Source: Amoebidium appalachense
Lineage: Eukaryota > Protista > Ichthyosporea
Assembly (NCBI GenBank): GCA_963693365.1
Contig: CAVNZM010000007.1
Location: forward strand, 8,801,962 to 8,865,961
Length of the DNA: 64,000 bases
Direction: 5' to 3'
The first letter of the stretch is position 1, and each line of letters starts with the position of its first letter. A model generated the notes under the pieces. That model saw nothing but the letters and a program-made list of their open reading frames with translations. It had not been told where the DNA came from and made no database searches. Below, in pieces: positions 56,341 to 64,000 of the stretch. The position numbers were made by a program, and so were the translations under genes.

Positions 56341-57769
56341 GGACCCCCGGGTGTTTAGGAGTCTCAATCACATAGTCAGTGATGTAGTAGAGACCGTCGA
56401 GGGGGGTGAGATCGGAAATGATGTCACCATTACGGCTGTATAGGAACGACGGGTGGTTGTCTGTATCGTCACAATGACCCAGGAGGCCGGCAGCTGAGGC
56501 CATGGAGGTAGACACGAGGAAAGACGGTGCCTCGGGTACGTAGTAAGCATTGATGCTGCACTGTGTTGGATGGCCGTTGTAGTGCAGTGTCATGTTGATG
56601 ATGCCACGTTGTTTGGCATTGACTGTGCCGAGGCCGTGAATGGGGGTGGGAGGACACGGGGTAAGGGAGGAGAAATACTCCTTGATGGGGCAGATGTGTG
56701 CATTACAAGCACTGTCCCAGACGGGGTCGTTACTGTCAGGTGTGCCGGTGGAGGAGATGAGTGCAAATTTCACACTCTTGTCACCTTTCTCCTGCTTGGC
56801 ACGACGAGCAACAGTACAGCCAGGCTCCGGGCATGCTGTGATGTGGTGGGGCTCATGACAGTAGGAACACTCAACCTGCTTGGGGTTGTGCTGTCGGTTA
56901 CGGTTGTCCCTGTTACCACGGTGGTAAGGGGAAGTTGAACGGGGGCCGGGTGACTTGGAGGAAGGACGAGGATCACGGGAACGGGACGGGGAACGGTGAG
57001 GTGTATGTTCACGTCGAGGAATACGGTTACGGAGGTCACCGGGGGGAAGCACTCTGCTCTGGAGTGCACGGAGGGGACGGTTGTTGACGGTTGCACCAGT
57101 GCCTGCATCGATGAGGCCGGCACGGATTTCAGCTCCTCGGATGTCACTGATGAGCTGGTTGAAGGACGGGTAGGCCTTGTTGTTCATCCAGTAGTCGGAG
57201 CAGAGACGTTCAATGTCGGAGCAGACCAGGGCCGTGTTCTTCCGGAGGTGGAGGAAGAACTTACGTACGACATCCTTGTGCTGGACGGGCTCGTCGAGGC
57301 AGGCAAGTGTCGTAGCCAGACGTTGGAGACGGGTTAGGTATGCTGTGACGTTGGGGTAGTCTCGTAGTTCAAGCTCCTCGAAGGTGACTTGGATCTGAGT
57401 GACTCGGGCCTCCTTCTCTGCTACATACGCCATACGTAGGTTGTGGAAGACTTCACCACCGTGGACACCGTCTTGCATCCGGCCGGAGTCGTAGAGCTCG
57501 GTCGGGTGGACGGACTGGTTGAGGATCTGGTCGAGGACGTCGGAAGCTTTCTTGTAGGAGTCCTTGGTGGTGTAGCCTAGCCACTGGTTGGCTTCAGCGC
57601 CGTCAACCCACTGTGGCCTCTTGATAGCGTCAACGAATTTCTCGGCAATGGTTGTTCTAATGAACCGGTGAATGAGTGGCTCCCACTCGAAATAACTAAG
57701 ACGTTTCTCGTCTCGTTTCTCGGACGGATTCCATATTGGAAGGTTGATATACGACGGTTTCTCAGTCAT
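56341..57769 (-). CDS. Copia A gag-protease (interrupted by copia B)
   Basis: CSYCHEPHHITAC knuckle; WDSACNAHIC protease motif. Confidence 0.88.
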
Positions 57770-57844
57770 GATTGAAGCAGTAAGACTGAGAGATTTCGCG
57801 GTTGTAGCGAGATTGTGTGTTAGCGTGCAAAGGGGCCGATAACC

Positions 57845-58552
57845 TGTTGTTTTGTGTGGGTAAACGGAGAAGCAGAGAGCACAGATGGGTGTTATGTAAA
57901 ACACAACACAGAGACACACGGGAAAAACACAACCGGAGAGGAGGAACGATTTCTGGAACCATAGGAAGTGAATACGACTGCTTGTCATTTATTTCAAGAT
58001 GAGGTCCCTTTTATACTTGGGAATGTGAAACGATAAACCAATCAAAAGAACGAAAACTATGAGTGTAAAATATATCGATTAAAATGTCTGTCGACACATA
58101 GAATATAAAACTCAATCCTCTAATGAAAGAAACTTCTAATAAAAGCACGGAAACATTTAACAAAATGAAACCACTTATATAACTATTAATTCATAACATA
58201 CATTTATACATGTTCTTATCATAACACGTCTAAATATAATTATTCCTAATAGTTGAAGAACATAGCACAATGCTACGTCGTGGGAAAGGAATGAGAAAGG
58301 AATGTAAGTTACTATATTTGGGAAAATACAAACGAGATATGATTGGATGACATATATAGATTTTGACGCAAACGACAATACGTGTGCGCGAGCTAAGTAT
58401 GTCGATACGTACACAGATCTAAGATGTCGTGTACACGGAAACGGAAAGGAAAGAAAGAAATGAAGAAAGGAAAAGGAAACAAACTACAACAACTAATAAA
58501 TAAATACAAAACTCAACTTCTAAGTCTTGCTGAGAATCAAGTGAAGATGACA
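57845..58552 (-). repeat. Copia A 5' LTR
   Basis: Followed on the minus strand by PBS ggttatcggcccc. Confidence 0.96.
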
Positions 58553-60197
58553 CCATCCCCCCCCCCCCCCTCCCCGGTCCCTCCTCGGGCCCCCCACCCC
58601 CTCTTCCCCCCCCCCCCCCCCCTCCCCCCCGGGAGCTCCTTCACCAGTCCTTCATTTCATTCTTCGAGTCCCCCCTTTTCCCCCTTGCGCTACGCCAATA
58701 TAAAAAATGACTGCAGAATCGCATGGGATATGTACCGGATATATTTACACATTCCGGCGGCGCGGCTGGGGGGGGGGGGGGGGGGGGGGTGCAGTGGGAA
58801 CCCGGCGGGAACCACTCTTTCATTTGGGCCGGGCCGGGAACTAATGTTCGGGTCCGGGAACTGTGACTCGGACCGGGACCTGTGACCTGGTCCGTCCCGC
58901 GGGAACTACCCCCCCCGGGAACCGCATTCCGCACCGTGGTATGCGGGGACACCGTATCACTGAGGTACTGCCTACAAAACCATGGATTTTGTCGTCGCTG
59001 CCATGCTCTGATTGGCCTAAACGTATCACCAACTGACCAATAGCATTGCGCGCAGTAATAGCGAATAACCAAAAAAGGTTAGAAGGGATATACGAGAAAA
59101 GCAGCGTTGTGCCGCTTTGTGTATGAGCGAGATATCCCTTGGATAGTCGGGCCTATAGACCCCCCTCTCTGATAGACCCCCCTGGCATGCCCCTAGCCTG
59201 CCGCACGCATCATGCCAGCTCAGTCTCTCGCTGGCGCTCTCTCGTTCAGGTCTGATCCGATCTTTCTAGCTGCCACGTGTCGTAGCTCTCGCGCACGTCT
59301 GACAATACAGGCTCGCCAACGTTATCACGAGGTCAGTGTCCCTTTGCTTGTCTTGTTTCCTTTCCGTGCCTGGAGCACGTTGACACATGGTAGCAGAAAA
59401 GGTTCTTTCCTTAGCGCCCTGAGAGCCCCTACCGTCACGTTTTCCACTTGTGCCTCTGCTCTGCCAAAAAAACTCTTTATTTTTTATTTTTTTTACTTTT
59501 TTTCTTCCTTAGCAACCTACCTGCAGACCTTTAGGTTACTTCTTGTGTGTTTGCTTATGTCTCACCGCTGTTCTTTCCTGCCAAGTTGCCTTGCTGAAGA
59601 AGCCTTGACTGTTCTTTCGTTTTTGGCTGTTTTTACGTTTTTTCGTTTTTTTCACCCCATCCGAAGCATCTTCCTTTTCCATTGGCTAATTTCCGAAGCC
59701 ACCTGCCAACGCCCTTTACTTTCGTTTGCGGTATAGTTTCCTGGCCCCCTGTTGCTACTTTCCTGCTTGACTTTGTACAAACATCCTTGCCTTTACGTTT
59801 TTAGCCTGTTTTACGTTTTCCACTTTTGCCTTCACATCCTTAGCATCTTGCCTTCCCATTGGCTGCCCTGTTGCCCTAACTTCATACTAGCTTTACCTGT
59901 ATACCGCGGTATGCTGTTTTTGCAAAAAACACACAACCCAATGCACACGAAATTCTGCTGTCAAACAGACCATGATACAATTGCTATACCAACTGCTGTC
60001 TACTTTTTGCCTACACAACGAAGCATTGCCTCGCTGAAGGTCATACACACTGGCACAGCACAGCCACAATAAATATTATGCTTGCAAGCGGCAAGTTGCG
60101 TTAGTTTTCCGCCGTCGATGCTAAAATTAGTCCGACCGTACGTTTTGTTTTGCCAAAACATAGTCTGCTAGCACCTTTATACCACCCATACTTGCAC

Positions 60198-60491
60198 TTG
60201 GCCGCTGTCGCCACCCTTTACACACTTGCTTGCTGATATATGGCCGCTGTCGCCATTAACACACACTGCTGTGTGCCCGTTGCTGATGCTTGGCCGCTGC
60301 TGCCACACATACACTTTGCCTTTGCTTCTCTTGGCCGCCGTTGCCACACGCTTGCGATCACACTAGGCCACTGTTGCCACACCCTGCTTTCACGCTTGAC
60401 ACACACTCTAGCCTTTGACCGCTGTGTCACACAAAGCCTTTGTTTTGCACTTGCCCGGTTTTGCTCTCATTCCCTTTTGGCCACCGATGCC
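60198..60491 (+). repeat. Array of 7 degenerate 15-19-bp repeats (TTGGCCGCTGYYGCCACAC) with variable spacers
   Basis: Copies at about 60198, 60241, 60290, 60331, 60364, 60415 and 60477. Confidence 0.75.
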
Positions 60492-60718
60492 CCCCCACGT
60501 GCAAGCTGCCGGTACCCAAACCCGATAGACTTTGAAAAAAAAAAGAAAAAAAAAAAGAAATTAAAATTTTTAAAAAAAAAAAAAAAAAAAAATCTGGTTT
60601 ATGCATTCGAGCTGCTAGCAATCGAAACGACTCACTGCCCCACGACTCACTGCCTCACTACGTACCAAAAATCACTTTGACTTACACTGCAATACCACAC
60701 CCACAGACCCACACTACC

Positions 60719-62076
60719 ATGGCTAATCCCAACGCTTTGAACAATGCCATTATGGCCCTGCCTGCTGAGCTCCATGCCGCCCCGCAGCAGCAGGTACAGG
60801 AACCAGACAACCCTGGCACGCCTATATATGTTGCTTCCCCTGATAAAAGCGATGATGAAGAAGTCTGGGACCCTGCCTATGGCCAGGTAGACACTGCTTT
60901 GCACCCCCATATTACCGTCCGCCGAAACAAACTGCCCAAAAATGTTGCTGCTGCCCCATTCACCAAAGACAATGAGCCTCATGCCCCACTTGTGTTTGTG
61001 TTGTAATACGTAGTATTTACATATGGTAAGATCTTCTCAGTTTGTGTTATGTTTCAGTTCATATGCTTAGTGTAAAAGCCACACTCCTATTATGTAAAGT
61101 GTAGCATCGATCTCCGATATGCTTGTATACTTGTAATCATGTTGTATCGGCTTTAATCGTGTGTTGTAATATCGATTAGAATATCTATTTGTGTGTACAC
61201 GGATCCACCCACTCAGGGAGAGACGTGTACATGTTCGTGTGTACATAAATATCTCTGGTTATAGTTATGCTATTACTATCTTGTTTGTTGATCTGTGCTT
61301 TCTTTTCCTTTCTCTTTCTCCTTCCTTATTTTCTTTTCTTTCTCTCCTTGTCTTCATCTGTATAGTCGTGTTTCTTTTCTACTAATATATGTTAGGTAGA
61401 TTTGTGTTACTTAATACGTGTTCATTGGACGGTGACACACTTAGGCTACACTTAGAATAGCATGTGTGTTTAGACTTCATTAATTTACTTTATTTTTCAT
61501 GTGTTGCCGGGCTTTAACCAATCATCAAGGTTAAGTGTGATATGTCTGAGTCTTTGCAGTATGTCATAGGTTAGAACTTCCTTGATGATGACACGAGTTG
61601 ATCTTAACTAGTGTCTGTGTCCTATCGTGTACGTCTCCGCGTACCGGATCTCTCTGAAAGCAATTGGTTCTTAGTGATTGGTTTCTATTAGAGATAGATC
61701 TGATTTCCGACTGGTCGGAAATCATGTATGGATTGGACTTAGAGGAATTTCAGGTATTTATTCGAAGATCAGAATAAATTCAGTTCAGTCGTGTCTAAAC
61801 ATTGATGTCTGTTGTGTACACCGCTCCGATCGTTCCGTGTTTTGTTGTTGTGTGTGTCTGTGGTGTTTTCACACTGCACCACTGTGTCTCTGCTTACATC
61901 CCAAATACTTATATAATTTAACAGTTTGGCACACAGAATACTGAACTTGTCGCAGTGACAGCATGCCCCAATGACTCAAACAATGACGAAGATTGGATAG
62001 ATGCACGTTTCTATTTCAATGCTTATGACATGCTGCCTCCCATGCAAGTGCGCGCGAAAACCTTTGCCAACCCACA
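60719..62076 (+). pseudogene. Orphan ORF (MANPNALNNAIMALPAEL...), interrupted by a solo LTR and truncated by a second LTR element
   Basis: Removing 60999-61928 restores an open frame (...EPHAPLVF|GTQNTELVAV...DWIDARFYFNAYDMLPPMQVRAKTFANP). Confidence 0.65.
60999..61923. mobile_element. Solo LTR, 925 bp
   Basis: tgtt...aaca termini; 5-bp TSD gtttg (60994-60998, 61924-61928); AT-rich, no coding content. Confidence 0.88.
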
Positions 62077-64000
62077 TGTAAACAGTTGGACTAGTTAGGA
62101 TAAGGCAGAGTACAACTGAATCAAAATAAAGACAGAGAACGGGTAGAAAGGCACACGCGGCCAGGTTGCTTTTACTATGGGCCGACTCAGTCTGTCTCAG
62201 ACTTCACTGATGTGATCCCCGTACTGGGACGGCTTTCTTATATAGCCCCCAGGTTTCGGATCAAGGCCCAGGATTGGTTCATCCGCGGCCAGCGCGGGTG
62301 GCAACATGCCATTCGTGATTCTGGTGCGGTCCGAGCCAGTCAGACCTTCGTCCTATTTATGCAAACCTCTTATTGGTTCACTTCGTTTATGTGGTATGCA
62401 GCGGAAGAACCATATATGGTTCAATTCTTAGGTCAGAGTGAGTCCTATTGGTGCGGACATAATATTTATGTGATATTCATGACAAAGCACGAATCGTGTG
62501 CTAGTAGATCACATTCTTTAGTAAACATGTACAGTTCATGTGTACAGTTGTTTACACTCCCCCCTTGTCGGGAGCCTGGTGGTGTCGTTAGACAAGCAAA
62601 CCACCAGGCTGAGAGGCGATAAACAACCTTCAGCGAGAATTCTTGTGTGTGCCGAGCTGCTGGACAGAACAGAGCAAGGACGGTGGAATAGAGTTGTGCA
62701 CGTCTATGAGCACTTCTTCATTTGCCAAAACGTAAATTCATGCAGCATTCTTCTGTGATTTCATTTTCGTGGCGAAGATTGTTGCAGAGTGTGCGTGCGA
62801 ATAATTCGCTAAGCCTTCGTCTCTGTGCTTGGCTTTTCTGTAGAAGTAGTATTTTCCTTTTTGGGAATTTTTCCTTTTTAGGATACTCCCGCAGATTCGT
62901 TTTCAATTGCGAGTAATTTGGTTGTGTGGATGAATGATCATACCAAACATTCGATAATGAATATAACTCGAGCCTTAGGTCACTTCGTAGCTCAGGTAGT
63001 GGTGGATAGCTTCAAGGCTTAGCCGCTGCTCCTTATCCCGGTTCTACCTTAAGACTGTAAGGCGAGTCACCATGGCCGGAAAAGCCACTTCTTTCATGAA
63101 CAAAGAGCACTTCTTTCCTTTCAGCTTTAACCCTGCATCATCGGAGCTGGGAAAAACAGAATAAAAATGCCCAAGTGTTCTTCGTTGGGCGACATAAAGA
63201 AATATATCACCCGTCAGAACCAGTAAAAGCCCGGTTCATAATTCATAAGAAGAGGGTAGGCAAAGCAAGCCTCCTTCAGAAAACACATGCTTCCATTCGT
63301 GAGCAGTTTTCGTATCCCATTTGCCAGCCATTTTCGTTGAGCAGGGGGATTCCAGGCATAATACATTCTTCTGGAGGCTTGGCCTAAAAAGAAAAGTCGT
63401 CGCAGTCGCCCTTTCTTTTGTAAGCAACTTCGTGAGCGCGCTTCGTATCTTCATATCCTCCAGTGCAGGTCTGGATGGTGCCCCATCCTCTGCTTCATTT
63501 GTAGGTGGCCCTACTGTAGGTTCTGTTCGTTGTGTGGAATACCAAAACCATTCGTATTCGTGGAACTGCTTTGTGCTGTGCTTGCTTTCGTGTTGGTGTT
63601 CATGAAGTTACCCCATTCACACACCTACTACTTTCATACATCAGACGTAAGTAGCTGCCTGGGGGGTGTGTGGTTCGTGTTCGTGGCATTCTTCTGTTCC
63701 TTCGTGAGAAGAATATTCGTTTTAGCAGAGGTGCCCAATAAGGCAGCTTGTGGGGTTGTCTCCCGCATGTGCCCATTGGTGGGGTATGCACGTGCTAAAT
63801 TGTTACAGTGTCATCATATTGCAAGGGAATAACATGGTCACCTCCGTACCAGGGCCTAGTAGGTACACATGATGGTCCGATGTGTTAGTCAACAACACCT
63901 TGCATTCGTATTCGTATTCGTCTTCCACGTCACTTTCTTCAGTAGTGAAGGAGGGTATTCGTAATTCGAAACTGAAAGGCTTCCAGCCAAAATACTGACA
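62077..64000 (-). mobile_element. Decayed Ty3/gypsy element: 480-bp 3' LTR (62077-62556) plus pol remnants running off the window
   Basis: tgtaaaca...tgtttaca termini, minus-strand PPT aaggggggag adjacent, minus-strand TATA, and RT remnant AGLKLKGKKCSLFMKEVAF at about 63085-63140. Confidence 0.8.

Noticed and set aside
58791-58962. cagtg...cactg segment with repeated cgggaac motifs as a hAT MITE
   Set aside because: Only 5 bp of terminal match and no TSD; may be one end of a larger element.
60198-60491. CRISPR array
   Set aside because: Repeats are short and degenerate, spacing is irregular, the context is eukaryotic and there are no cas genes; kept only as a repeat array.

Overview
Eukaryotic, intron-rich DNA saturated with (CA)n/(GT)n microsatellites and C/G homopolymers; most short ORFs in the track are repeat artefacts. 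Host-type genes are the 3' exons of a mitochondrial carrier (SLC25A33/36/Rim2-like), a frameshifted F-box/LRR gene, an SK (KCNN)-like channel with a non-canonical selectivity filter, and an intact intronless 304-aa orphan resembling T7/NCLDV-type ssDNA-binding proteins. From about 23 kb onward the window is a nested transposon pile whose boundaries and TSDs can be read directly. A LINE RT is split by a Ty3/gypsy element whose LTRs end in CG...CG rather than TG...CA, and that element's 5' LTR holds a hAT-type insert. A P element carries a probable Kolobok. A copia element carries a CACTA element and a second copia. At the end, an orphan ORF preceded by a hairpin-repeat array is hit by a solo LTR and a decayed gypsy. 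Family assignments come from motif recognition by eye, not database searches.
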